Origin: Cetorhinus maximus
Lineage: Eukaryota
Direction of reading: 5' to 3'
NCBI RefSeq assembly: GCF_964194155.1
Contig: NC_135898.1
Location: 24,428,001-24,492,000 of the forward strand
Length of the DNA stretch: 64,000 nt
This document shows positions 37,701 through 51,786 of this stretch, piece by piece; the stretch's first letter is position 1; every line of letters starts with the position of its first letter. The translations under genes were made by a program, and so were the position numbers. The notes beneath the pieces were generated by a model. It saw only the letters and a program-made list of their open reading frames with translations, was not told the DNA's origin and made no database searches.

Positions 37701-38760
37701 GCATCATCTGCCACACCTGGCACTTGTGGCACTTGTTACTTGCCACTTATCAGTCCAAGCCTGAATGTTGTCCAGTTCTTGATGGATATGGGCACAAACT
37801 CCTTCAGCATCTGAGGAGTGGTGAATGGTGCTGAATATTGTGTAATCAGCAGAACACACCCCTACTTCTGACATTATGATGGAGTGAAGGTCACTAATGG
37901 AGCAGCTGAAGATGGTTGAGTCTAGCACACTGCCCTGAGGAAATCCTGCAGTGATGTCCTAGGGCTGAGATAATTGGTCTCCAACAATGACAACTATCTT
38001 CCTTGGTGCTTGATTTGACTTCTTTCAAATGCCCAGTAACTGCAACCTGGCCAGGCTGCAGTAGGGGAGCTACGTGTCATCAAGGAAGAACAGACTGATG
38101 ATGACGAAACACCATCATTCACTCACACAATCACAGCGACCAGATCAAGTGCTAACACTTTGTGTGCTTTATAAGATAGCTTAGTAGTTGGATGTGCATG
38201 TGGTGAGCTTCATTCAAACACTGCCTAATGAAGTGTCCCAATGGGGCTCAATGCAAGTTCGAGGAACAGCACCTTGTCTTTTGATTGGGCACTTAACAGC
38301 CTTCTAGACTCAACATTCAGTTCAACAATTGCAGACTGTATCCTCTGTTCACCCGCTTTGGTTCCTTTACTTTGCATGTGTCAGCCTTAATCTTCTTGTT
38401 TCTTGCTTTTGCTTTTGTTCATCATTCTGCCATTGACACCTCCTCCAGACTCATCCTTTCTTAATTTGCTTGTTTCATTGACACTCCTTTTGGTCCTGCC
38501 CCACCCACTCTTTCATCAGTTGATATCTCCCATCTTCTGCCCTGTCACAGACAATCCTTTTTCTTTTTTTATCCACTCTTGCCCCATTTCACTTGTTGAA
38601 GATCTTTTGAATCTCTAACTTTTCACACTTCTCATGCAAGGCTGTTGGCCTGAAATGTTAACTCTGTTTTTTACCTAACAGCTGTTTAGGATTTGAAATG
38701 CACTGTCGGCACAGGTGGTGGATTCAATAGTAGAATTCAAAGGGAATTGGGTAAATACTT

Positions 38761-39345
38761 TGTTAAGGGGAAATAAAGGAATACAGTAATGGTCAAGGGA
38801 CATGAGTTAACATATCCCAGCATGCAAAAACCATAATTGCTAAGTAGTTAACATTTAAAGTTCAGGCTGTGACAGAGAGATTGCTGAACCTTGCACATTC
38901 TCAGGGCTTGCGAGCATCAGCAAGGCCATATTGGGCGAAGAAGAATGAAAATATGGTAGATTGGGAGTTTTGGGAGTTAGACTGGAGTCAGAGGATGGCA
39001 ATAACATAGATTAAGTGTGCTTTTCAACAGTTAGGGGAAGGACAGATGGTCCCAGATTAGATAGGAAGGCAGGTCTCTGCCTGGGTGAAGGAGGGGTCAG
39101 ATGAAGCATGTACCTTTGTACCAGAGACTTGTCTGTTTATTATAAACCTATATCTTGATGAGATCGAAATCTGGAAACTGTTCTTGTACGCAACCAATAA
39201 TGTATAAATATGATGAACACTTGTAGTTTAGTAGAGTACTGTCTCAAGCTGCATTGAGATGGTGCCCTCCTTGCAATTGCTCAAATAAACGAATGTAATC
39301 TGAACCTGACTCTCCTGTGGTCTGTTCATCAAAGACACCACAACA
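38761..39345 (+). mobile_element. Solo LTR, copy in unit B
   Basis: Same termini and ACTT TSD as 25246-25830. Confidence 0.85.
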
Positions 39346-42184
39346 ACTTAAAGTAGCAAAATTTACATGGACATGAGGTAAGGGGTTAAAAGCAAAATAC
39401 TGCGGATGCTGGAAATCTGAAACAAAAACAGAAAATACTGGAAAAACTCAGCAGATCTAACAACATCTGCGGAGAGATAAACAGAGTCAACGTTTCGAGT
39501 CTGTATGACTCTTCTTTCACCCAATGTGAATAAATTTAGTGCCTTGACCTTTCTTCACAAACCTAATCTACTTTCCATTGTTTCCCTGTATTTTCAGCAA
39601 TCTGGGGAGACAAGAGTCAAGAATGAGTAAAGAACATTAAAAATTATCTTCCAGAGGAAATCTTTCCCCATGCCATTGAACACCAGAAGCCTTGCCTTTC
39701 CATTTTTTTCACTTTATTTGTTTTTGGGATGTGAGCATCGCTGGCAAGCCCAGCATTTGTTGCCCATCCCTAATTGCCCTTGAACTGAGTGGCTTGCTAA
39801 GGCTACTTCAGAGAGAAGTTAAGAGTCAACCACATTGCTGTGGGTCTGGAGTCACACGTAGGCCAGACCGTGTAAGGACAACAGCTTTCCTTTCCTGAAG
39901 AGCATTGCTGAGGGGTTTTTGTAACAATCTGGTAGTTTCACGATCATCATTACCAAGACTTGCAGTTAATTCCAGATTTAATAATTAATTGAATTTAAAT
40001 TCCCCCATCCCCCACTCCCATAGTGGGATTCAAACTCATGTCTCCTGTCCTAGTAACATTACCATTATGCTACCATCTCCATGGGTTATGTCATATGGAC
40101 TATCCAGTCGCTTATAAATAACAGATAATATCAGGCTAACCACGACTCTATGAACATTTACACAGGTTGGGATGAATTTACACATGAGCAGGGAACCCAC
40201 AACAAGTGATATTGTATCGCTCTCCAGTTATAAACTTGGCGTAATATTCAATTCCACTGCCTGCTTTAGAAAACTGAATATAATGTGTGTCTTGTAATGC
40301 TCATCAAATCCCAATTACCACAACTGCCCCCCAAACTCCTGTCAACGTGTGATGCAACTGCTCACAGTGTGAGCTGAGAAAGCTTATTTTACATGAGGTT
40401 ACTGAGCTCATTTTGAAATGGCATGCCACAGTTTCCTAGGAACATTCCCTCAGGGTAAGTGAGGTCTGCATTGTTCACTCCGTCATCTCACTTAAAGGAA
40501 GTTAATACCACTGACCACTCTGTGCAAAGTTGAAACCAGGGCTGATTATTCAGTACTGAGCCATATAGTGTTGGATTACACAGGTGGGGACACCATGGTT
40601 TGCATTTTTGAAAGATCCATCCCTATTTGTACAAGAGACCGGATACATTTCCAGTCCTTTGCAAGCATGAAACATTACCTCAAGGAACGTCATCTAACGC
40701 AAGAACACACACAGCTCAGGAAATGAGTCACTCCTTTTTTCTACCTGTGCGATTGTACTTTTAGCGTCTCATCTTTTGTCTCCAGGCTTAGTGTATCAGG
40801 AAGAAATAGGGAAGCATAAACTTATGGAATCGTACAACACAGAAGGAAGCTACTTGGCCCATCGTGCCTGTGTCTTTGGAAGAGCGATTCAATTGGTCCC
40901 ACTCCTCTACTTCTTCTCTCTAACCTTACAAATTTTGCCTTTTTTAAGTGTTTATCCAATTGCCTTTTGAAAGATATTATTGAATCTGCTTCCACATATC
41001 TTACAGAGATTGCATTCCAGATCATGACTCACTGTGTTTATGAATACAAAATCTTCTCATCTTTCCTCTGGTTCTGTTGCCAATTATCTTAATTCTCTGC
41101 CGTCCCTCCACCTTATGGACTATCAATCCTACCTTGGCCAATGCATGTTCATCCGTGGCATAGGTAAATTTGCAGCCCCTGAGACGAACTGAATTGAGAA
41201 ACAGACTACAGCTGTTCCCATGTGCGTGCACTGAGCTAAACATCAGCTGCTGCTGAAAGAACGTCAACTCAGTGCAAGACATTTTTGATCTTCCTGAAAC
41301 TTCACAGAAGTCACAGAATGTTTACAGCACAGGAAGGGGTCACTCTGCCCATCATGTCTGTGCTGGTCAAAAGCGAGCCCCCCACCCACTCCCCTCCCCC
41401 AGCCTAATCCCACTTTCCAGCATTCGGTCCGTAGCCCTGCAGGTTACAAGACTTGAGGTGCGCATCCAGGCAATTTTTAAATGAGTTGGATGTTTCTGCC
41501 TTTACTTCCCTTTCAGGCAGTGAGTCCCAGACCCCCAGCATCCCTCTAGGTGAAAAAAAGTTTCTTCATCCCCACTCTAATCTTTCTACCAATCACTTTA
41601 AATCTGCCACTAGTCTGCTTGCTGGTCTCCCAGTGCAATTGGCAGTCATCAAGTGTTGCAGGCAGGCACATTCCAAGGTCCAGGACTATGTGCTGAGGAA
41701 CATACTTGGGGCAGCCAGTGGAACGTTTCACTGGTGAAAGGACATGGTCTAAGCTGCACCTCCGCCCCCCCCACCCCCACCCCCAACCTTCGCACCCCCA
41801 GCCATAGTACACCAAGGGGCTGGTACCTGTGTAAAACCTCTCGGGTTGTATGCAAGAGAGAATGTTTGACATGAAGTGTAAATGTACATTGTAAATACAA
41901 CTTGTAATGGCAAGTGTAGTGAGGTACCTCATGCACTGTATTGAAAGAAACTGACCTGCATTGCATTTTATCTCGTGCTAAATGTGAAACGTCATGTATT
42001 GAAGCTTCACAATTTTTGTGATTAAAGTATATTTCTGAGGCGAAAAATTCTGAATTGAGAAACAGAAAGAAACATGCTACAGGTGCAAATGGAAATCTGT
42101 AAACTCATCGGTTGAAAATAAGATGTCAATGTTTCAGCAGGTGGGTTAGAGGAACATTGAGCACACAGGACTAGGAATTGCAGT

Positions 42185-43092
42185 ACAAAAATAAAAATAC
42201 CTGGAAAAACTCAGCAGGTCTGACAGCATCTGCAGAGAGGAACACAGTTAACGTTTCGAATCCATATGACTCTCCAACAGAACTAAGGAAAAATAGAAAA
42301 GAGGTGAAATAAGGGGGGCTGGGACAAGTAGAGCTGGATAGAGGGCCAGTGATAGGTGGAGATATCCAAAAGATGTCATAGACAAAAGAGCAAAGAGGTG
42401 TTGAAGGTGGTGATATTATCTAAGGAATGTGCTAACAGGTGACATTGAGGATAGAAAGCAGGATGAGCAAGGTACAGATAGCCCTAGTGGGGGTGTGGTG
42501 GGGGGGGGGGAAGGGATCAAAATAGGCTAAAAGGTAGAGATAAAACAATGGATGGAAATACATTTAAAAATAATACAAATAGTTGGCAAAAGAAAAATCT
42601 ATATAAATTATTGGGAAAAGGGGGGATCGGAAAGGGGGTTAGGATGGAAGAGAGAATTCATGACCTAAAATTGTTGAACTCAATATTCAGTCCGGAAAGC
42701 TGTAAAGTGCCTAATCCGAAGGTGAGGTGCTGTTCCTCCGGTTTGGGTTGAGCTTCACTGGAAAAATGCAGCAGGCCAACGACAGACATGTGGGTATGAG
42801 AGCAGGGTGGTGTGTTGAAATGGCAAGCGACAGGGAGGTCTGGGTCATGCTTGCAGACAGACCGAAGGTGTTCCAGTCTGCGTTTGCACTCTCCAATGTA
42901 GAGGAAACTGCATTGGGAGCAGCGAATGCAGTAGACTAAATTGAGGGAAATGCAAATGAAGTGCTGCTTCACTTGAAAGGAGCGTTTGGGCCCTTGGACG
43001 GTGAGGAGAGGGGAAATAAAGGGGCAGGTGTTGCACCTTCTGCGGTTGCATGGGAAGATGTGGTGGGAGGGGGTTGAGGTGTAGGGGGTGAT
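42185..43092 (-). mobile_element. Penelope-like element, the same insertion as duplicated in unit A'
   Basis: ORF 42658-43101 contains PCNRRRCNTC and LVYCIRC...LYIGE. Confidence 0.87.
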
Positions 43093-43258
43093 AAATTGCA
43101 ATGATCGTCCGTGGTCTGTCTAGTTTCCCAGCATTGTTACGCTCAATACATTACACTCCGGTGTTAAAATGAGAGCCAGGTGCCATCAAAAATACCTGAG
43201 CTTTGTTTTTTAAATCTTCTCGATTTTCAAACTTTGGGTGGGTACCAACAATTAATGT

Positions 43259-43381
43259 GGGAATATCCGCTAAGCTGAGGAACTTTTCAGAACCCACTAC
43301 GCAATCATAAAATTTCCAACCACAAAAAGGAACAGCAAGCTCAAAGGGGCGGAGCATGTGGAACACACACAATGTATAAAA
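43259..43381 (+). promoter_or_regulatory. Proximal promoter of il1b copy 3
   Basis: Same layout as copy 1; TATAAAA at 43375-43381. Confidence 0.68.
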
Positions 43382-43472
43382 GGAGGGCTGAGGGCTGGTT
43401 GTGTGTAGAACGATACAGCAAGATATAACTCAAACAACTGATAGGTTCAAACTTACCGTGGACATAAGAGAG

Positions 43473-46400
43473 ATGAGAACTGAAGTAGGACCTGTGACCA
43501 TTCCAATGGTTGAGAATGAATCGCGAAGGTAAGATGATGGATTTATTTAATGTTTATATGCAAACTGAGTGATCATAGTCTCTCTCCCTCTCTAACCTGG
43601 ATATGTTTGCAGCTGCAAACTACAGAATACTTTTCTGTGATTTTTCTTATCACAGAGAAAGTTTGGAGAAATGATTTGGTTTTAGCAGGGCTTGACTGAC
43701 CTCATGTTAAAATTTTAAGGCATAGTTTATATTCCAGCCGTCGGGCTAAGAAATGGAGATGTGGGGAGTTCCCCTGGGACGTTGATTATCCATAACATTA
43801 GCGGCAAAGCTTAGAGTTTTGTGAAGAAACTGTAATAATTTCCGAAAACATAAACAAAAAAACAGCCTCTCGTTTTATGAGAAATAGCCGTAAAAGAAAT
43901 TCTACCTGCCCACACCTACCCACCACCTGTAAAATCCCAGTCTGGTTCTGTGATCACCAGCAGCAGCTGTGTGCATGTGGTGCAGCGGTCACTCTCTTCC
44001 TTTCATCCCCTTCCTGTAACAATACTCCTGGCCTTCACGGTCACACAGGTGGTTGAGGAGTGCAAGGGATAGTTAGTGCGGATTCTGCGTGTGCATATGC
44101 CATCACACTGCTCTTAACACCACAATGGAATGTGTATATTTCAAACTACATTACCAGACACCAACAGAAGAGTGTTTTATATTTACCGTTGAACCAGCTG
44201 GTTGCAGCTTTCCTGTGTTAATCAGCCAAGGAAGCCAAATTTAGCTTCTTTCATATAAGCTGACTGTGATGTTTGCTCTATCCACAGAACCCTCAGTTAC
44301 AAATGCAACAAGGATTCACGTCTCACTTCTCCGACTCTCTGCCCCCAGATCAAGGTAAGAATCTTTCACTGCAATTCCATCAGACTGATATTGGGAGGGG
44401 GAGAACATGCATTGGGCTAAAGTTAGAGTAAACTTGAGTCAGTAAATGTTCAACTCCTCTGAAAGAGCAGAATTCACGAAGCAACCCTGGGCAAAGCACC
44501 TTGACAGTTCAGGGTTTGAATTCCCAGGCCCACAGCTCATCTTTCATGGAGTAATCTTTCATTTCGAGGCCCTTTTACAAGTAGGTTGGAGGCTCGGCTG
44601 ACATGAAAGGAATCCGCAAGATCTGATCGCACTTTCTCATTTTCACAGAGCCCCTTTCAAGAGACTGCACCCAACCTAATGGAGACCAGCAGCGCCAGCA
44701 GCGCCAGTTGCCAAGCAGAGCGAGTGAGTTACCAGCTGCAAATCAGCAGCACATCCTCAGCCATCACGGCAGTTGGCAATGCCAGCCTCTCACTGGAACA
44801 GGCTGTCATGTTAGTCCTGGCTGTTGAGAAATTCAAACAGAAATTGAAGCAGCCCTCTGGTGACGGCTGGGAATACGATGGCGGCTCTTTCATGGACACT
44901 GACTTGCTGGGAAACTTCAGTGCGATCATCGAAGGTAAGATGTGCTTTCCCCTTCAGTGTTGCCTTTCTGTTAATGCTGACCTCGGGGTCGGGGTAGGGT
45001 GGTGTCCGACTTGGTAGTTGTGTGGGGGGGCGGGGGGGGGGCTGTGGGGGAGGGTGGAGGAGGGCACAACTTCCACTGACCAACGTGGCATCTGGGCTCA
45101 TCGCCACCTGCCGCTGGTGGCTTCAGTGTTTCTGTTGATGGTGATCCTGAGTCCCAGGGAGATGCCATCTCCTGGTAACTCAGGCCGGGCATCGAGCATG
45201 GCCTTATGCAGCAGCGCCCGGCAACAAATACTAAAGAAAAGTAGTGGCCTGAGGGTTCATTTAGGCTGATTCGTCTCCGCTCACCCGCACTGGTGAATAA
45301 ACCGTTTGGATTTGTGCCCACAGAAGCCACCACCTGCAGCAGCTATGATGCTGCTGAAAATGTGAGCAGCACTTACAGATTCGTGTCGAGCGAATGCCAC
45401 CAGATGAAGGATGATCAAGACAGATCCCTGATCCTCTCGGAGAATCTCCAGCTCCTGGCCATGTCCTTGCAGCAGCCAAAGAATGCAGGTGGGTACATCT
45501 CAGCTAGTGTCCCTCTCTGCAGCAGTGAAAATAAGAGGAAAGTTGGTGGCGGTGTGTGGGGAGGGTGCGGGCAGGACAAAGGATCCGGAGATTCCCTTGA
45601 CTCCCCCATTGGGCAGGCGCTGACCCTTGGCTGGGATGCAGGGGTCACTTGAGCTCAGTATCTCACTCGCATGGGCCATTGGTAATGTGAGGCAAAAGTG
45701 TCATCAAGCCATTGTGGCATTGTGTGGGCACGGCCATGCCTAACTAATGGGCATGCACAGGGAGCCCCTGACTCATTTCCCTTGGCCAAGCAGTGCTGAG
45801 ACCAATTGCAATGCTCCTGTGACTGGTTTGGTTAGCCTGAACCTGATGACCAGCTGGTCTGCAAAGCTCCCAAATGCTGCGACGATGCATTTGCCCAGTT
45901 AAAACTAGAGAGCCGCACTTCTATTCACCTTGCTCGCAATGTGCATTGACTACTGTGCTAAAATGGTGCTTCTTTGATTTCCAGTTCAATTGGATATGAG
46001 GTACTACAAGACAGCTGCAGGCAATGACGTTGAAGGTTTGCCTGTTGTTCTGAAAATCAGCAGCCAGAATCTGTACCTCTCATGCACGGGACCACAAGAC
46101 AGACCCATCATGCAGCTGGAGGTAAGAGATCCCACAAGTGCACACAGTTAACTGACAGGTGGCAGTGGTGGTGAGCCACAGTTCAGCCAGGGAGTCCAGG
46201 TTGCTTTGGCAGGCATGTCATATTCTAGAGCTATGGATAGTAGAGGCTCCAATTTTCTCTCCATCACCAGGAATCTCTCCTGCTCTTAACCACCTTGGTG
46301 GTACCACTATTAGTGTGTGTTGGAAGGATTTGCAGGATGATACTCTATCTGTTTGGCCATGCTATGAACACACCTTCTTTGGTCATCAAGGCCTGGGGTG

Positions 46401-47144
46401 GGAATTGAAACTGGAGCTTCTCAGAGGCAGGGATGTTACCCACTGCACCACATGACCTTCTAGCTGACAAATAGACAGTCGCATATCATTGCTATCTTGA
46501 GGATCTGCCCGTTTGCCCTTGTTCATACCATACAAGCTGCATGTATCAGAGGACTCAGTCCCTGTTCCCTTCACTCTGGCTGTGAGCCCATCCACGGGGT
46601 CCCTGTGAATTCTGGCTCCGCAGCCTCGGGAAGCCTCCTCCCACTGGGATATGGGTTCCACGGATGATGACCACAACTCATGTACTTCAAGGAGTCTGGG
46701 CAGAGCCCTAATATCAGGGCACCAGCCCTCGCATTCACACGAGTTGACTGCCCCCAGGAAAGAAAAGGGATGGTAACAGGATTAGGGTTAAATTCGCTCA
46801 AATATTGCAGGCTCGGAACCATCAGCCCTTGTTCAGGAATCGGGCCTGAAATGAAACCAGCCGCATCTCCCTCTCGTCAGATATAGAATGGCATTTAACT
46901 TTGTCCTTTTTTTTTGTTTCTCTTTGCACAGAAATGGGACCAGAATCTGAAGAATATCAACGGCGCCACTGACCTGCTTCGATTTGTGTTCTTTAAGAAG
47001 GTCTTCAGCTCTGGCCTGCACTTTGAGCTTGAATCAGCCAAGTACCACGGCTGGTACATCAGCACATCCAAAAAGAACAGACAGCCTGTCGAGATGGATG
47101 AGAAGGAGAACCACAAGCGAATCACAGTCTTCACAACTGATTGA
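43473..47144 (+). CDS. il1b: Interleukin-1 beta-like precursor, copy 3 (A type); 307 aa, intact
   Basis: Exons 43473-43528, 44288-44354, 44649-44934, 45324-45488, 45985-46121 and 46932-47144, with splice sites intact. Differs from copy 1 by G22S and A306T. Confidence 0.92.
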
Positions 47145-50100
47145 GACCATCTCAGTCTCAGCACAGTTCACAACCCAAACCAGTAGTAGTTGGTTTAGAG
47201 AGAGAGTGTGTATGTACAAAGTACAGAATTTTAAATCCATTGGGGTCAGATGAGTCTAATGGGTAGCTGATAAAATTGTCATTTAATTAAAACCTAACCA
47301 AAATAATTTATGTAAAATCGTCAGTGAAGTACAGGTGGCAATATTTGCTACTGTTTTTCGTGTGTGTTATTTACATTTAAACTTGAGTGAGTCTAAGTTG
47401 TCATGTTTTGTAACTTGAATATAAGTAATTATTTAATTTTTTAAATATTTAATATTATTATTATTTAAATTCTTCATTAATTTATTACTGTACTGGATAC
47501 AGTCTCTTCCTTTCTTGATTAAATTAAGTTATTTTTCAAACACATTGGGTTCCATGTACATTTTTACACATTTCCATGAAAGTTTTGTTGATACAGAAGA
47601 AAATGTGGAAGATCACAGCATCTCTGCAGTGTAAAAAGCTGCCCCATTCCCTTAGACTCTTTGGAATGTCCGCTGTTTCTTCATTTCCCACTTCCCTCAC
47701 ACTCTGTTGGATAACCCCTGAATGTTTCTCATCCAGTCCTGGGGACAAGGTTCGTTAAGAACCAAAAATCAGGCACAGTGACTGCAATCCACAATTAGCG
47801 CGCTGCTTGCTCATCTAAACGATTGCATCAGGTTACAAGTGCCATCCGCATGCCTCAGCATCCCACTCACACTGAGCAAAATTTTACAATGATAACCAAC
47901 TGTCAATCACTCCTTCCTGACTCGCTAATTTGTAAGAGTCCCGGGGTTGAGCCGATTAACCCTTGCACTCTCCAGTTCCAAAATGATGTCAAGTGGTAAT
48001 CCTTAAGGGTGACAGTGGTTGGAATTTATTCAGTATAAATAAGACTTGACACACGCTAATGCCTGAGCAGTGGAATGAAGACCCAACAATTGCACTGCCC
48101 ATTACTCCCTGCTTAGAAGTGTGATCTACACGTGACTACCTTCCGGCCCTGCACCAATGGCCATGCCCGAGGTTCCATTGCCCCTCAGTATGCCATACGT
48201 ACTCACTCCACCTGGGTCCTTCCACCCGGGATCAACTACAGAATGGCCCCAATCCCCCAGTCAAATGCATCTACACCTTAGGTGCTTCGGGAATCCTTTC
48301 TTCACTTCACCCACACTGCAACGTCTATGGTGACTGACGGAATGCAATCATTGGCTTGTTATTGTCCAATTATAAGACATGTTTTCCTCGGAGAAGGGAA
48401 GGTTGCGAGGTGATTTGATAGAGGTGTTCAAAATCATGAGCGGTCTGGACAGAATAGATAGGGAGAAAAAGTTCCCATTGGTGGCAGGAGCGTGAATGAG
48501 AGGGCACAGATTTAAGATCATTCGCAAAAGTGATACGAGGAAAGCTTTATCACACAGCAAGTTGTTAAAGTCTGCAATGCACTGCCTGAGAGTGTGGTGG
48601 AGACAGGTTCAATCCATGGTATTCTAAAGGGAATTGGATTGTTAAGTGAAAAGTAGGAGTGTGCAGGGTTATAGGGACAAGGCGGGAGAATGGCCCTCGG
48701 TGAATTGCTCATTCGAAGAGCTGATGCAGGCACAATGGGCTGAATGGCCTCGGTCTGTGCTGTAACCATTGTGTGATTCTGTCATGTAGCCATCTACCAG
48801 TCCAGATCAGGTCGGTGTTCAGTCATCTGTTTTCCCACCCTCGACCGTTGTCAGCTAGTAAACATACCAAAGAAACTCAATAACCGCACATGGGCAGTCA
48901 AGGTCAGTCAATTCATTCTCAAATGCCATATCGTACCAACTGCACCAGCAGCCTCACACCCTGCTCAATGGAGTACACCCGCATCACTCAGCTACCAACA
49001 GTAGCTATCACTCACAATGCATCACTCACATTCACAAGTCGGTGGACAGGCTTTGGGGTGTCAGGGGGTGAGTAACTTGCTGTAGAATTCTCAGCATTGC
49101 TGACCCGCTTTTGTAGCCAGCGTATTTCGATGGCTGGTCCAGTTCAGTTTCAATGCTAAGCCCCCAGGAAGTTGATAGTGGAGGATTCGGTGAGGATAAT
49201 TCCATTGAATGTCAAGGGACGATGATTAGATTCCCCCTTGTTGAGATGGTCATTGCCTGTCTCATAAAAATATAATAATTTTCCTGAGATTATTGTGATT
49301 TACTATAAAAGTGGGTTAATAATGGGGTTTGGAGCATTTTCTCTGTGTCTATGTGTTTGGAGGATTTAATTGAATGGAAACAGCTGGCCTGGAGGTTTTG
49401 AGTTATCAACAACAACTTAGGCTTGAAAGGCTAAATACGTGAACATGGCTGAAGTTTTGTAATGTGAGGTGTGAGGAACATATGCATTTTTAGATAAATT
49501 AGAGTAGTTTGAATTTCAAAGAGATGGTAAGATCTTCCACTTAGTCAGAAGAAGCTAAGCCAAACAGTGTGTTTAGTTATCCCAAAGGTTACTGATAAAA
49601 TTAGTACTATGAAAGATTTATATTATGAGAACAGCAAAGATGCAAAGATACATTGGAACAATGGAATTTGCATTAAAAATGGAGAAACATGTATAAAGAA
49701 GATGAGGCTATGTGTAAGAGGAGAAGGCTTTTTAAGAACTAGCACAAATGTGAAAAGCCTCCAGCCTCTGTGGATCAAGTTGCTGTCCACAGGAGCCGTA
49801 ACTGAGAAAGCTCATTTCAAATGCGACTGTCCAGGGTATTGTGTTGCTTTACCTGGGGCTTTTTAAATCTATTTGTTCTTACTGTTGCCTTAATGGACGT
49901 CCATCTGGAGTCAGGTAATTGTGGGTTTTGGAAGTTATTATAATAGTAATTTATAGACTTATGTATCTGCTTGAAATCTTTTCTTTTAATAAGTGTTTAA
50001 TTTAGTTTTCTAAAAACCTCTGAAGTCGTGGTAGTCTCATTACTTCTGAATTCAAGGCACGCATCTTGTAATTAAATACAAATTGCAAAACAGTTGTGAC

Positions 50101-51201
50101 CACGTGATCAAGTTTCTCTGGTGGATTTGACCAATGTGGCATGCATCATCTGCCACACCTGGCACTTGTGGCACTTGTTACTTGCCACTTATCAGTCCAA
50201 GCCTGAATGTTGTCTAGTGCTTGATGGATATGGGCACAAACTCCTTCAGCATCTGAGGAGTGGTGAATGGTGCTGAACATTGTGCAATCAGCAGAACACA
50301 CCCCTACTTCTGACATTATGATGGAGGGAAGGTCACTAATGAAGCAGCTGAAGATGGTTGAGTCTAGCACACTGCCCTGAGGAACTCCTGCAGTGATGTC
50401 CTAGGGCTGAGATGATTAGTCTCCGACAACCATAACTATCTTCCTTTGTGCTCGATTTGACTTCTTTCAAATACCCAGTAACTGCAACCTGGCCAGGCTG
50501 CAGTAGGGGAGCTCCATGTCATCAAGGAAGAACAGACTGATGATGACGAAACACCGTCATTCACTTACACAATCACAGCGACCAGATCAAGTGCTAACAC
50601 TTTGTGTGCTTTATAAGATAGCTTAGAAGTTGGATGTGCATGTGGTGAGCTTCATTGAAACACTGCCTAATGAAGTGTCCCAATGGGGCTCAATGCAAGT
50701 TTGAGGAACAGCACCTTGTCTTTTGATTGGGCACTTAACAGCCTTCTAGACTCAACATTCAGTTCAGCAATTGCAGATTGTATCCTCTGTACACCCGCTT
50801 TGGTTCCTTTTCTTTGCATGTGTCAGCCTTAATCTTCTTGTTTCTTGCTTTTGCCTTTGTTCATCATTCTGCCGTTGACATCTCCTCCAGACTCATCCTT
50901 TCTTAATTTGCTTGTTTCATTGACACTCCTTTTGGCCCTGCCCCACCCACTCTTTCATCAGTTGATATCTCCCATCTTCTGCCCTGTCACAGACAATCCT
51001 TTTTCTTTTTTATCCACTCTTGCCCCATTTCACTTGTTGAAGATCTTTTGCATCTCTAACTATTCACACTTCTCATGCAAGGCTGTTGGCCTGAAATGTT
51101 AACTCTGTTTTTTACCTAACAACTGTTTAGAATTTGAAATGCACTGTCGGCACAGGTGGGGGATTCAATAGTAGAATTCAAAGGGAATTGGGTAAATACT
51201 T

Positions 51202-51786
51202 TGTTAAGGGGAAATAAAGGAATACAGTAATGGTCAAGGGACATGAGTTAACATATCCCAGCATGCAAAAACCATAATTGCTAAGTAGTTGACATTTAAA
51301 GTTCAGGCTGTGACAGAGTGAATGCTGAACCTTGCACATTCTCAGGGCTTGCGAGCATCAGCAAGGCCATATTGGGCGAAGAAGAATGAAAATATGGTAG
51401 CTTGGGAGTTTTGGGAGTTAGACTGGAGTCAGAGGATGGCAATAACATAGATTAAGTGTGCTTTTCAACAGTTAGGGGAAGGACAGATGGTCCCAGCTTA
51501 GATAGGAAGGCAGGTCTCTGCCTGGGTGAAGGAGGGGTCAGATGATGCATGTACCTTTGTACCAGAGACTTGTCTGTTTAATATAAACCTATATGTTGAT
51601 GAGATCGAAATCTGGAAACTGTTCTTGTACGCGACCAATAATGTATAAATATGATGAACACTTGTAGTTTAGCAGAGTACTGTCTCAAGCTGCATTGAGA
51701 TGGTGCCCTCCTTGCAATTGCTCAAATAAACGAATGTAATCTGAACCTGACTCTCCTGTGGTCTGTTCATCAAAGACACCACAACA
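51202..51786 (+). mobile_element. Solo LTR, copy in unit A'
   Basis: Same termini and ACTT TSD as 25246-25830. Confidence 0.85.
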